A stretch of DNA of 64,000 nucleotides from Phormidesmis sp. (GTDB lineage Bacteria > Cyanobacteriota > Cyanobacteriia > Leptolyngbyales > Leptolyngbyaceae). The DNA is taken from the NCBI GenBank assembly GCA_965248535.1, contig CBDFJR010000002.1:1504001-1568000 (forward strand), given 5' to 3'. The translations under genes were made by a program, and so were the position numbers. The notes beneath the pieces were generated by a model. It was not told where the DNA came from. It was given only the letters and a program-made list of their open reading frames with translations, and searched no databases. Shown here in pieces: positions 10,503-21,555 of this stretch (position 1 is its first letter; every line of letters begins with the position of its first letter).

Positions 10503-11303
10503 ATGAAAAAATTCGCATTTTGGTATGACGGAAATTTAATTGACGGCAGAAAGCTGGAACTGGCGATCGACGATCCCGCCCTGATTTACGGAGCCACTGT
10601 TTTCACGACTCTGCGCGTTTATCAATCGCTTGATCATCCGCTTACAAACTGGACAGAGCATTTAAATCGACTGCGATCGAGTCTAGAAGCCTTTCAGTGG
10701 TCACCGCCAGATTGGGCACGAACTCGGCAAGGAGCAGACTTATTAGCCGAGCAATTTCCCGTGCTCAGAATCGTGATTTTCCCCGATGGGCGCGAGTGGA
10801 TCACTGGGCGTTTTTTGCCATCCGATCTAGCCCAACGTCAGCAAACCGGAATTATTGCCTGGGTTGCCGATGCTCAGGGGCAGCGATCGCTCCCTAATCA
10901 CAAAACCGGAAACTATCTCGCTCCGTGGTTGGCCCTTCAGCAAGCACAGCGATCGGGCGCACAAGAAGCCATTCTCACTGACAAAACAGGCAACTGGCTC
11001 GAAACCAGCACCGGAAACCTCTGGGGTTGGCGAAACGGATCTTGGCACACGCCGCCCCTCGCAGCAGGAATTCTCCCTGGAATTTTGAGAAATCAACTCA
11101 TCCACAAACTGAAGTGGCAGAATGAAGAAGTCATCGAAAAACCCTGGAACGCTGAATTAATCGAGACGTTTGCGGCGATCGCTTACACCAATTGCGTGAT
11201 AGAAGTCATTCCCATTCACACAATTCTGAGAGATGCCGACTCACGACTCTATGACCCAGCCCATCAGAGTTTTCAGAAACTGAAGAGGCTTTTCTTCACC
11301 TAA
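10503..11303 (+). CDS. Class IV aminotransferase / 4-amino-4-deoxychorismate lyase-like
   Basis: YGATVFTTLR, HKTGNY (PLP Lys), LETSTGNL, GILPGILR. Confidence 0.88.
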   Translation: MKKFAFWYDGNLIDGRKLELAIDDPALIYGATVFTTLRVYQSLDHPLTNWTEHLNRLRSSLEAFQWSPPDWARTRQGADLLAEQFPVLRIVIFPDGREWITGRFLPSDLAQRQQTGIIAWVADAQGQRSLPNHKTGNYLAPWLALQQAQRSGAQEAILTDKTGNWLETSTGNLWGWRNGSWHTPPLAAGILPGILRNQLIHKLKWQNEEVIEKPWNAELIETFAAIAYTNCVIEVIPIHTILRDADSRLYDPAHQSFQKLKRLFFT

Positions 11304-11393
11304 TGCCTCAGAGGATTCTCAGAGTGAGTTAATATTAATTAACATAAAAAACTGAGATTCTCTTCATCCCTAACGCTAGGAGGACTATCGCTG

Positions 11394-13232
11394 GTGAACA
11401 AACGCTGGAGAAACGCAGGACTGTACGCGCTCCTGGCAATCGTTGTCATTGCATTGGCAACCGCATTTTTTGACAAACAGCCCGCCCCAGGCACCACCTG
11501 GCGCTATAGCCAATTTGTCCAAGAAGTTCAAAGTAATAAAGTCGAGAAGGTCAGCATTAGCGCCGATCGCAGCATCGCACGGGCGCAGCTTCAAGATGGC
11601 ACCTATGTTCGGGTTAATCTCCCCAGTGACCCCGACCTAATCAATATCTTGATTAAGAATAATGTTGATATCTCAGTGCTGCCTCAACAAGATGAGAGTT
11701 TTTGGCTGAGAGCGCTGAGTAGCCTGTTTTTCCCCGTTTTGCTGCTGGTGGGTTTATTCTTCCTGCTGCGTCGTGCCCAAAATGGGCCGGGCAACCAAGC
11801 GATGAACTTTGGCAAATCAAAAGCCAGAGTGCAAATGGAGCCACAAACTCAGGTGACCTTTGGCGATGTCGCTGGCATTGACCAAGCCAAACTAGAGCTT
11901 AATGAAGTCGTGGACTTTTTGAAAAACGCCGATCGCTTCACCGCAGTCGGTGCCAAGATTCCTAAAGGTGTGCTGCTCGTTGGCCCTCCTGGAACGGGTA
12001 AAACCCTTCTAGCCAGAGCCGTTGCGGGTGAGGCGGGCGTTCCCTTCTTCTCGATCTCTGGGTCTGAGTTTGTTGAAATGTTTGTGGGTGTGGGTGCGTC
12101 CCGCGTCCGTGACTTGTTTGAGCAAGCTAAAACCAACGCACCTTGCATCGTCTTTATTGACGAGATTGATGCGGTCGGTCGCCAACGGGGGGCTGGTTTA
12201 GGCGGCGGCAACGATGAGCGAGAGCAGACTCTCAACCAGTTGCTGACCGAGATGGATGGTTTTGAAGGCAACACTGGAATCATCATCATCGCAGCCACCA
12301 ACCGTCCTGATGTGTTGGATGCGGCGCTGCTGCGTCCGGGTCGGTTTGACCGTCAAGTGGTCGTCGATCGCCCCGATTATGCGGGTCGCCTCGAAATTCT
12401 CAACGTCCACTCTCGCGGCAAAACCTTGTCAAAAGACGTTGACCTTGAGAAAATCGCCCGTCGGACTCCTGGCTTCACGGGTGCCGATTTGTCTAACTTG
12501 TTGAACGAAGCGGCCATTCTTGCTGCTCGTCGCAACCTAACCGAAATCTCAATGGATGAAGTCAACGACGCAATCGATCGCGTCTTGGCGGGCCCTGAGA
12601 AGAAAGATCGCGTTATGAGCGAGAAGCGCAAAGAGCTAGTCGCTTATCACGAAGCGGGTCACGCCTTGGTCGGTGCTTTGATGCCCGATTACGATCCGGT
12701 GCAGAAAATCAGCATTATTCCTCGCGGTCGTGCGGGTGGCTTAACTTGGTTCACACCCAGCGAAGATCGGATGGATTCTGGTCTATACTCCCGATCGTAT
12801 CTGCAAAACCAGATGGCGGTTGCTCTGGGTGGTCGTCTGGCTGAAGAGCTTGTCTACGGCGAAGAAGAAGTGACGACTGGCGCTTCTAATGACCTTCAGC
12901 AAGTGGCACGGGTTGCCCGTCAGATGGTGACTCGGTTTGGCATGAGCGATCGTCTCGGCCCGGTGGCGCTAGGTCGTCAGCAAGGCAATATGTTTATGGG
13001 GCGCGATATCGCCTCTGAGCGTGACTTTTCTGATGAAACGGCTGCCACGATCGACGACGAGGTGCGGAGCTTGGTTGAGCAGGCTTACCGTCGCTGTAAG
13101 CAAGTGCTCGTCGAGAACCGTCACATTTTGAATCAGCTCGCTGAACTGCTGGTTGAAAAAGAAACCGTTGACGCTGAAGAACTGCAAGAACTGCTGGCGA
13201 ACAACGATGTCAAAATGGCCTCGATCGCTTAA
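11394..13232 (+). CDS. ftsH3: ATP-dependent zinc metalloprotease FtsH (FtsH3 subtype)
   Basis: [13 protein letters not shown]-terminus, [13 protein letters not shown] zinc motif; SD AGGAGG upstream of GTG. Confidence 0.93.
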   Translation: MNKRWRNAGLYALLAIVVIALATAFFDKQPAPGTTWRYSQFVQEVQSNKVEKVSISADRSIARAQLQDGTYVRVNLPSDPDLINILIKNNVDISVLPQQDESFWLRALSSLFFPVLLLVGLFFLLRRAQNGPGNQAMNFGKSKARVQMEPQTQVTFGDVAGIDQAKLELNEVVDFLKNADRFTAVGAKIPKGVLLVGPPGTGKTLLARAVAGEAGVPFFSISGSEFVEMFVGVGASRVRDLFEQAKTNAPCIVFIDEIDAVGRQRGAGLGGGNDEREQTLNQLLTEMDGFEGNTGIIIIAATNRPDVLDAALLRPGRFDRQVVVDRPDYAGRLEILNVHSRGKTLSKDVDLEKIARRTPGFTGADLSNLLNEAAILAARRNLTEISMDEVNDAIDRVLAGPEKKDRVMSEKRKELVAYHEAGHALVGALMPDYDPVQKISIIPRGRAGGLTWFTPSEDRMDSGLYSRSYLQNQMAVALGGRLAEELVYGEEEVTTGASNDLQQVARVARQMVTRFGMSDRLGPVALGRQQGNMFMGRDIASERDFSDETAATIDDEVRSLVEQAYRRCKQVLVENRHILNQLAELLVEKETVDAEELQELLANNDVKMASIA

Positions 13233-13258
13233 CCACCTTCTTGTCTAATCATCGTAAG

Positions 13259-13292
13259 AGCAGTCCAGAATTTAACTCTGGGCTGCTTTTTT
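13259..13292 (+). terminator. Intrinsic terminator of ftsH3
   Basis: GCAGTCCAGA-loop-TCTGGGCTGC followed by T6. Confidence 0.8.
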
Positions 13293-13307
13293 AATTCTGT
13301 ATTTTCG

Positions 13308-13708
13308 TCAGCCGATAAACTGACTCACGAAGGTCAGATAGCCTTGTCGTCCGCCTTTTTGTGTCCAGAGTTTGATTGAGGATTGAATGCGCTTCAGGCA
13401 AGCCACGATCGTATCAGCTTCCACGATCGGGGTGTCTGGGCAGATTTGCCAGGAAGGGTGCCAACGGTCGCCCGACCTAAGCGCCACTCACACATCTGCT
13501 GCACTGACTCCATGACTTTTTTGCTAACGCCTCGAATGGGCCGAGAACTGATCGATTTTCCTTGAGCTTCGGCACCATAGATGCGGATTAGGGCTTCGAG
13601 AGCCGTGGCTACTTCTGCATCGATTAGATCAGGGGTTTCTTTATAAACTTGAATGATGCCGAATTCGATGTTTTGCAGTACGTCTTCGTGTTCTTCTTCG
13701 ATCGCCAT
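13308..13708 (-). CDS. Conserved hypothetical protein, interrupted by a 1-bp frameshift near 13439
   Basis: ORF 13708-13394 continues in another frame as PDTPIVEADTIVACLKRIQSSIKLWTQKGGRQGYLTFVSQFIG*; adding one C to the CCC run fuses the frames. Confidence 0.7.
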
Positions 13709-13763
13709 AAAATCTCACCCCAACTGATTTTGTGAGAATTTTAATCTCTACAGATCTCTCTTA

Positions 13764-13976
13764 TTACTCTTCAATGACTTCGATTAAGGCTTCGATCGTC
13801 ACCTCAAACACCTTCGCTAGCTTAATCAGTGCTGTTGGATCAACTACAGCCATTCCTGGAGAGCGGGCATAGGTTCTAAGAGTGCTGTAAACCACTCCTG
13901 AGCGCTCAGAAACTTCTTTGATCGTCCAACCTCGTTCCTTCGCAAATTCTCGGATTCGCAATCTAACCAAACCCAT
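13764..13976 (-). CDS. XRE/Cro-family HTH regulator
   Basis: VRLRIREFAKERGWTIKEVSERSGVVYSTL...LAKVFEVTIEALI. Confidence 0.9.
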   Translation of the reverse strand: MGLVRLRIREFAKERGWTIKEVSERSGVVYSTLRTYARSPGMAVVDPTALIKLAKVFEVTIEALIEVIEE

Positions 13977-14053
13977 CTTGACAATGATTTTCTCAACATA
14001 AAAATCAAAGCCTACCTCCTAGTGTAAATTATGGATGTCTGAAAATCAGTGGT

Positions 14054-14442
14054 GTGTTGGAGGAAGGCAGTATTTCTAGGCTATTGGCAGGGGAAGGAAG
14101 CGTAGGGCGTTGTGGAGAGTTACTAAAGCTGGGGCGTAGAGGCGATAATTTGACTCCCCATCATGTCCCGTCTAATGCGTACATGGTGGCTAAAGTATCA
14201 GGCTATACGCGCAATATGGGAATTGCTATTATGATGGAGCATCCCATACCAGGGGCGGGCAGTCTCCAGATTTGAGCCTTTTGTCTAGACAAGTCCTTGC
14301 TAAAGAAATTTAGGATCTGCGATCGCTCTATCGACAGGAAGGTGTTTACACAGAAACAATCAGGTGCGGGTTATGGGCAATCATTCAATTAAACCAATCG
14401 GCTTGGACTGGTGTTTTTGAAAAGGAGAAAAACCCTGTATGA
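14054..14442 (+). pseudogene. Decayed polymorphic-toxin-type nuclease tip
   Basis: GDNLTPHHVPS motif, then frameshift and in-frame TAG (SPDLSLLSRQVLAKEI*DLRSLYRQEG...WTGVFEKEKNPV*); final TGA overlaps the ATG of the immunity gene. Confidence 0.65.
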
Positions 14443-14873
14443 GTCAAAATCCACTGATTGAGGTGCTAGCTGCGAATCGATTGCTGCGATCGCCCGATGA
14501 AGTTGCCCGATTTGAGCAAACTCTAGAAAAGCTGGCTCAAAATCCCGACCCTAAGGATTTACCTAGTCTTCACCTAATTCTGGATGATGCCTGTGAGCAA
14601 CCGGAAGTGATGTTTAGCCTGGTGCATTTTTTAGGATCTTTTGAAGTGCAGGAACAGGTGCGATCGTTTATTCAAGTGATGCCTGATTTGGTCAAACGAG
14701 CAGCAGAATGGACTGCGATTTTGCATTCTCGGATGATGAATGATGAGGTTGCGCGATCGGTGTTTGAGGAAGAGATGCAGGCTATAAATAATCAGAAACA
14801 AAGTGAAATCCACCAGTTGCTTTCGCTAGCTTCAACAAAGATTTCTTCAGGGCTGAGAACAAAAGTAGCTTGA
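14439..14873 (+). CDS. Imm30-family immunity protein
   Basis: NRLLR...FE..L..L...LDD..EQPEVMFSLVHF...P......A.EW..ILH.R..N pattern. Confidence 0.8.
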   Translation: MSQNPLIEVLAANRLLRSPDEVARFEQTLEKLAQNPDPKDLPSLHLILDDACEQPEVMFSLVHFLGSFEVQEQVRSFIQVMPDLVKRAAEWTAILHSRMMNDEVARSVFEEEMQAINNQKQSEIHQLLSLASTKISSGLRTKVA

Positions 14874-14902
14874 TTTAATTATTACGATTGAGTTTGGAAT
14901 GG

Positions 14903-16957
14903 ATGAAAGCTCAAGAGTTACTACTACACTATATTGCTGGAGAGCGCAACTTTCGCTACGCTAACCTGCGTGGACAAAATTTTAAGGGAAGAGATTTATC
15001 TAACATCGATCTCAGCTACGCTGACATTCGAGGAACAAATTTTAATTTCGCAATCTTAAGAGGTGCAAACTTTGCACAAGTAAAGGCAGGACGACAACTT
15101 CATACCAACCTCATTTTACTCGTTATCTCTTTTTTTATAGCAATTATATTGGGAAGTATCTTAGAGCTTTCTGGAAATTCAATTATTTCAAAATATTTAA
15201 CGTATTATGCTCCTTTAAGCATAATAACACTGGTTATTCTAACAGCCCTCTCTATTTTTCTGGTTATTGTACGTCAACCATTATTTACTGTTTTACTCGC
15301 AACAATTATAACAACAGCAATTAGCGGATTCGGCTACATTTCGTCAGGGTTGGCTTCAGCAATCGCTTTAACTTTGATCCTGTCAATTGCAGGAACTTTA
15401 GGACAGGTTGCTGCAATTTCATCTGCTCTTATCGCAGAAATTGGAGCGATTGCTTTTTCAATTACTCTCCATAAATCGAGTGTCATGTCAACGATCTTAG
15501 TGACGCTTCCAATCATTAGTCTATCGCTTTATGTTAGTCATCAAGTCTTAGATGGAAATACAAATTATCCTTTCATTCGATGGGCCGCTCTTGTTTTATC
15601 TTGTGACGAGGGTAGTAAGTTTCGTCGAGCAGATTTAACAAATGCGAACTTCACCTCCGCAACACTTAAAGGAACCGATTTCAGAGGAGCAACTCTGGCA
15701 GGTGTTTCTTGGGTTGCTGCAAACTGCCTACAGGTCACTTGTATTGAAAGAGGGTACCTCACAAATCCAATAATCCGCAAGTTGGTTGTCACACTCAATG
15801 GAACAGAACAAAATTTTGACCATTTCAATTTAGAGAATGTGAACTTAAAGGAAGCCAATTTACAAGATGTCAGCCTTGTTGGCACCAATCTTAATCATGC
15901 CAACTTACAGAATGCAGATTTGTCGAGAGCAATTCTGAAGCAAACGCAACTGGAAGGGGCTGATCTGACTGGGGCGATTCTTACTGGAGCGTACATCGAA
16001 GATTGGGGCATTACTAGCACGACCAACTTGGAAAATGTGCAGTGCGAGTATATTTATATGCGAGTTCCTACCAAGGAGAACCCAAATCCCTTGCGGAAGC
16101 CGGATAATTTGCGGGAAACTTTTGCTGAGGGCGAGTTTGCTGATTTCATTCAGCCTTTCTTCGATACCCTTGACTTGTACCACAGCCAGAATGTTGACCC
16201 ACGCGCTATCTCCATCGCCTTGAGGAACCTCTCCACCAGCCATCCAGACGATAATCTGCAATTTGTGGCGATCGAGCGGCGAGGCAACAATGGCATTAAC
16301 CTCCGTTTTACCACCGCACCCAGAGCCAATAAATCTGAATTGAGCCACGAGTATTTTGCCAACTATACTCAGATCAAAAAAGAATTGCCCATCGCGGTTC
16401 AAATGCAATTAGCAGAACAGGATGCCGAAATTCGCACACTCAAGGGCACGATCGAGCAGTTTATTCAAACCGGAACTCATCAATCCACCATCCAAGCCGA
16501 AACCATTCAGGTGATTCAAGGAGAATTAGTCGTGACAGAAAACAGAGGCATCCACATCAACGCGGGCGACAATGCCAACGTTAGCGGACTAAGCAGCGGC
16601 GATGGCATCGTTAACTTGGGCACCATTAGCGGCAATGTCACGAATGCCATTAACCAGTTGCCTGAAGCCCCCGAATCGGATCAACTAAACCTCAAAGAAC
16701 TTCTCACCCAATTGCAACAGGCGATTCAAGCCGATGTTGATTTACCTGATCCAGACAAATCAGACTTACTAGAGCAGGTGCAAGCCCTAGCGGAAGTTAA
16801 GCAGACTGAAGAACCCGCAAAACGAGAAGGATTAACGCGAAAAGCGATGAAAATGTTTGATGCGACACTGAAGGGTCTTCCCGATACTGCCAAATTAGCC
16901 GAAGCTTGCAGTAAGATTTTGCCGCTGATTCTAAAAGCCCTAGGGTTTCCCGCATGA
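14903..16957 (+). CDS. Membrane pentapeptide-repeat protein with helical C-terminal domain
   Basis: A(D/N)L.. pentapeptide blocks flanking several TM helices; C-terminal NLGTISGNVTNAINQLP...LKELLTQLQQAI domain. Confidence 0.88.
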   Translation: MKAQELLLHYIAGERNFRYANLRGQNFKGRDLSNIDLSYADIRGTNFNFAILRGANFAQVKAGRQLHTNLILLVISFFIAIILGSILELSGNSIISKYLTYYAPLSIITLVILTALSIFLVIVRQPLFTVLLATIITTAISGFGYISSGLASAIALTLILSIAGTLGQVAAISSALIAEIGAIAFSITLHKSSVMSTILVTLPIISLSLYVSHQVLDGNTNYPFIRWAALVLSCDEGSKFRRADLTNANFTSATLKGTDFRGATLAGVSWVAANCLQVTCIERGYLTNPIIRKLVVTLNGTEQNFDHFNLENVNLKEANLQDVSLVGTNLNHANLQNADLSRAILKQTQLEGADLTGAILTGAYIEDWGITSTTNLENVQCEYIYMRVPTKENPNPLRKPDNLRETFAEGEFADFIQPFFDTLDLYHSQNVDPRAISIALRNLSTSHPDDNLQFVAIERRGNNGINLRFTTAPRANKSELSHEYFANYTQIKKELPIAVQMQLAEQDAEIRTLKGTIEQFIQTGTHQSTIQAETIQVIQGELVVTENRGIHINAGDNANVSGLSSGDGIVNLGTISGNVTNAINQLPEAPESDQLNLKELLTQLQQAIQADVDLPDPDKSDLLEQVQALAEVKQTEEPAKREGLTRKAMKMFDATLKGLPDTAKLAEACSKILPLILKALGFPA

Positions 16958-16975
16958 CAAGCAACTGCGACGGCA

Positions 16976-17060
16976 GGATAACAAATCGTTGCGGCGGCGG
17001 GATAGATATGGTTGGTGGGATGCAAAGGTTGTTTACCGCCGCTGAACTCAATCGATCTTG
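16976..17060 (+). other. Degenerate integron attC-like site
   Basis: GGATAAC AAATC GTTGCGGCGGCGG ... CCGCCGCTGAA CTCAATC GATC: R''-like TAAC, pairing L arms, damaged R'. Confidence 0.45.
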
Positions 17061-17298
17061 TTCTAACTCAATGTTGGGACGGGATTGAGCATTGAAATCA
17101 CCGTGGGATTTAGGAGAAAGATACATCGAAGCACTTAACGGTTGATTCCACCTGACAGATGAGATGTGTCAAAGTGGAAATACATAAATCGTAAAATGTC
17201 GTCGCCGCTTCCTCAGCCAAGATTCACCATTTAAACTACAAAGGATCAGGGTTTGGTTAGTGCGCGATCTGAGTTCTCTCCTAGTTGCCAATTGCCTT

Positions 17299-20200
17299 AT
17301 GAACAGTCTTTTTCTCGCTCGTCTTCACAGCCCCGATCGTCCTGTGCTCGTTTTTGATGGGGCAATGGGCACCAATCTACAAGTGCAAAATCTCACCGCC
17401 GACGACTTTGGCGGAGCCGACTATGAAGGCTGTAACGAATATCTGGTGCACACCAAACCCGAAGCGGTCGAGAAAGTGCATCGAGATTTTCTGGCGGCCG
17501 GGGCAGATGTGATCGAGACGGACACCTTTGGCAGCAGTTCTTTTGTGTTGGCTGAATATGACTTAGCTGATCAAGCTTACTATCTGACCAAAACGGCCGC
17601 GGAGTTGGCGAGACGAGTGGCCGATGAGTTTTCGACCGTTGAGAAACCGCGTTTTGTGGCAGGCTCGATCGGGCCCGGCACCAAGCTCCCAACTCTAGGA
17701 AACATTGACTATGACACCCTCAAAGCCGCCTTTGCAGAACAGGCAGAAGGGCTGTATGACGGGGGCGTAGACCTGTTTTTGGTCGAGACTTGTCAAGATG
17801 TGCTGCAAATCAAAGCGGCGCTGAACGGCATTGAGCAGGTGTTTCAGAAAAAGGGCGATCGCCGTCCTCTCATGGTGTCGGTGACGATGGAGATTCAGGG
17901 CACGATGTTGGTCGGCTCAGATATCAGCGCGGTGCTGTCGATTTTGGAGCCGTACCCGATCGATATTTTGGGGTTGAACTGCGCGACGGGGCCCGATCGC
18001 ATGGCAGAACACATTAAATATCTGTCGGAGCATTCGCCCTTTATTGTCTCTTGCATTCCTAACGCGGGCTTGCCCGAAAACGTCGGCGGCCACGCTCACT
18101 ACAAGCTTACGCCGATGGAATTGAGGCTGGCGTTGGGTCGGTTTGTTGAAGATTTGGGCGTGCAGGTGATTGGGGGCTGCTGTGGCACTCGACCCGATCA
18201 TATTCAACAACTGTCCGAGGTCGCGTCAACACTAAAACCCAAAGAGCGTCCGGTTCGTAGCAATGGGCAGATAGCGGCGCGTCCGGCTTTGCATTACGTG
18301 CCGTCGGCGGCTTCGATCTATAGCGCTCAACCCTATGAGCAAGATAATTCGTTTTTGATTATTGGCGAACGGCTGAATGCCAGTGGCTCTAAAAAGTGTC
18401 GCGATTTGCTGAATGCAGAAGATTGGGATGGACTGGTGGCGTTAGCCCGATCGCAGGTCAAAGAAGGCGCACATATTCTCGATGTCAACGTCGATTATGT
18501 CGGGCGCGATGGCGTGAAAGATATGCACGAGTTGGTGTCTCGGCTCGTGACGAATGTGAATTTGCCGCTGATGCTCGACTCGACCGAGTGGGAAAAAATG
18601 GAAGCCGGACTGAAGGTGGCCGGGGGCAAATGTTTGCTCAACTCCACAAATTACGAGGATGGAGAAGAACGGTTTCTGAAAGTGTTAGAACTCGCTAAAG
18701 AATATGGAGCGGGGGTGGTGATTGGCACGATCGATGAAGATGGTATGGCGCGAACGGCGGAAAAGAAGTTCGCGATCGCGCAGCGGGCCTATCGTCAAGC
18801 CGTTGAGTTTGGCATTCCGCCCTATGAGATCTTTTTTGACACCTTAGCGTTGCCGATCTCAACCGGAATTGAGGAGGATCGTGAGAATGGCAAGGCCACG
18901 ATCGAGTCTATTCGCCTGATTCGTGACCATCTGCCGGGATGTCACATCACCCTAGGCGTTTCTAACATCTCGTTTGGCTTAAATGCGGCGGCGCGGCAAG
19001 TGTTGAATTCGACCTTTTTGCACGAAGCGACTCAGGTGGGAATGGATAGCGCCATTATCAGCGCTGCCAAGATTTTGCCGATGGCAAAGATCGCCCCAGA
19101 GCATCAAGAAATCTGTCGCAAACTGATCTACGACGAGCGGCAATTTGACGGGGATATCTGCGTCTACGATCCGCTTGGAGAGTTGACGACGATCTTTGAA
19201 GGCGCAACGACCAAGCGCGATCGGGCTGAAGACGCTAAACTCCCGATCGAGGAACGTCTCAAGCGTCACATCATCGACGGCGAACGCATCGGACTCGATG
19301 ACGCACTTAAAGTTGCGTTAGACAAATATCCACCTTTGGAGATCATCAACGTCTATCTGCTAGACGGCATGAAAACGGTCGGCGAATTATTTGGGTCAGG
19401 TCAGATGCAACTGCCGTTTGTGCTGCAATCTGCTGAAACTATGAAGTCTGCGGTCGCATTTCTAGAGCCACTGATGGAGAAGAAAGAAGCCGGACAGTCG
19501 AAGGGCGTAATGCTAATCGCAACGGTGAAAGGAGACGTTCACGACATTGGTAAGAACTTGGTAGATATCATTCTCACCAACAATGGCTATAAAGTGATCA
19601 ATCTGGGAATTAAACAGTCTGTAGACAAGATTATTGATGCTTATATGGAACACAACGCTGATTGCATTGCGATGAGCGGCTTATTGGTGAAGTCAACGGC
19701 TTTCATGAAAGAAAATCTGGCTATCTTTTAACGAAAAAGGGATCACAGTGCCAGTGATTTTAGGCGGTGCAGCACTAACGCCAAAGTTTGTCTCTGAAGA
19801 TTGTCAAAAAACCTACAACGGCCGAGTGATCTACGGCAAAGATGCATTCTCTGATCTCCACTTTATGGATAAGTTTATGCCTGCTAAGCATAATGGCGAG
19901 TGGAGTGATCTGAAAGGTTTCTTGAATGAAGAATCTACAACCGAGTTAATCGAACCTGCTACGAATGAAAAAACGGTAGATTTAACGGAGACTAGCTCTG
20001 AACTGTTGCCGGAGGACTTGGCCCGATCGGAGTCGATCGATCCCAATATTTCTCGCCCTACGCCGCCTTTCTGGGGCACCCAGATCCTGCAACCGTCTGA
20101 TCTCCCGTGGGATGAACTGTTTTGGCATTTAGACTTGCAGGCATTGATTGCGGGACAGTGGCAGTTTCGTAAACCACGAGAGCAGTCTCGCGAAGATTAT

Positions 20201-20857
20201 GACCAATTTCTAGCCGAAAAAGTCTACCCAATTCTCGAAACCTGGAAGCGTCGCATTGTTGAGGAAAATTTGCTGCATCCTCAAGCAATTTATGGCTATT
20301 TTCCCTGTCAGTCAGAAGGCAACTCGCTATATCTCTATGATCCAGAGAATACGAAGGAGCAAGTGGCGGAATTTAAGTTTCCCCGTCAGCGATCGCTGCG
20401 TCGCTATTGCATTGCTGACTTCTTTGCATCGAAAGAATCGGGGCAATTTGATGTCTTCCCGATGCAGGCGGTGACAATGGGCGAAGTCGCCACCCAGTTT
20501 GCAAAAACGCTGTTTGAGGCGAATAATTACACCGATTATCTCTACTTTCACGGCATGGCGGTTTCGATGGCAGAAGCCCTTGCTGAGTGGATTCACGCTC
20601 GAATTCGCCGCGAGTTGGGTTTTGGTGACGCAGACCCCGACAACATCCGCGATATTTTGGCACAACGCTATCAGGGTTCTCGCTATAGCTTTGGCTATCC
20701 GGCGTGTCCCAACATTCACGATCAATATAAACTGCTGGAATTGTTGGGGAGCGATCGCTTAAATCTGCACATGGATGAGAGTGAACAACTCTATCCCGAA
20801 CAGTCAACAACGGCGATCATCGCCTATCACCCGGCAGCGAAATATTTCAGCGCGTAG
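17299..20857 (+). CDS. metH: Cobalamin-dependent methionine synthase, split by one extra T at 19726-19729
   Basis: [23 protein letters not shown]12 motif [12 protein letters not shown]-terminal [10 protein letters not shown]; removing one T gives ...[22 protein letters not shown]. Confidence 0.95.
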
Positions 20858-20940
20858 GAATTTAAGTTACAGAATTAATTAGGCGAGGTGTGAGCAATTG
20901 CATCTCGCTTATTATTTAGGGAGTCTCGATCGTGATTGCC

Positions 20941-21534
20941 ATGCAAGCCACAGAAGTCAAAAAACGCTACACCCCAGAAGAGTACCTGGCTCTCGAAGAA
21001 AAAACTGAGTTCAAAAGTGAATTCCATGATGGAGAAATCATTCCGATGACAGGCGGATCGTTCAATCACAACGAGATTCTTACCAATCTGTGGCTCCTGA
21101 AGTCTAGGCTGCGTGGTAAAGGGTATCGATTTTACTCTAGTGACGTTCGCTTGTGGATTCCTAAGTATCGCAAGTTCACCTATCCCGATGTGATGGTGAT
21201 TCAAGGTGAACCTGCGCCCTACAACAATCGGACTGATACATTGACGAACCCTCTATCTATTATCGAAGTCCTATCTAAATCCACGGAAGATTACGATAAG
21301 AGGGACAAGTTCAAATACTACCGATCGATTCCTGAACTTCAAGAATATGTATTGATCAATCAATATGACTTAGAGATTCAGCAATACACTAAATCAGATG
21401 GTGGCTTCTGGATTTATCGTGTGTACGAATCGACTGAGGATATTGTGAAGTTTGTCTTGATCGAGGTCGAGATGACCGTCGCCGAGATCTACGAAGGCAT
21501 CTCGTTTGAAGAAGTTAGTCCACCAGAGTCGTAA
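20941..21534 (+). CDS. Uma2-family endonuclease
   Basis: YTPEEYLALEE, YPDVMVI, IEVLSKST, YVLI.Q. Confidence 0.92.
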   Translation: MQATEVKKRYTPEEYLALEEKTEFKSEFHDGEIIPMTGGSFNHNEILTNLWLLKSRLRGKGYRFYSSDVRLWIPKYRKFTYPDVMVIQGEPAPYNNRTDTLTNPLSIIEVLSKSTEDYDKRDKFKYYRSIPELQEYVLINQYDLEIQQYTKSDGGFWIYRVYESTEDIVKFVLIEVEMTVAEIYEGISFEEVSPPES

Positions 21535-21555
21535 CATTTTTGGCCATTAATCTTT

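Noticed and set aside
17060..17298. Cobalamin or SAM riboswitch upstream of metH
   Set aside because: No B12-box or SAM consensus recognisable by eye; an Rfam scan would be needed
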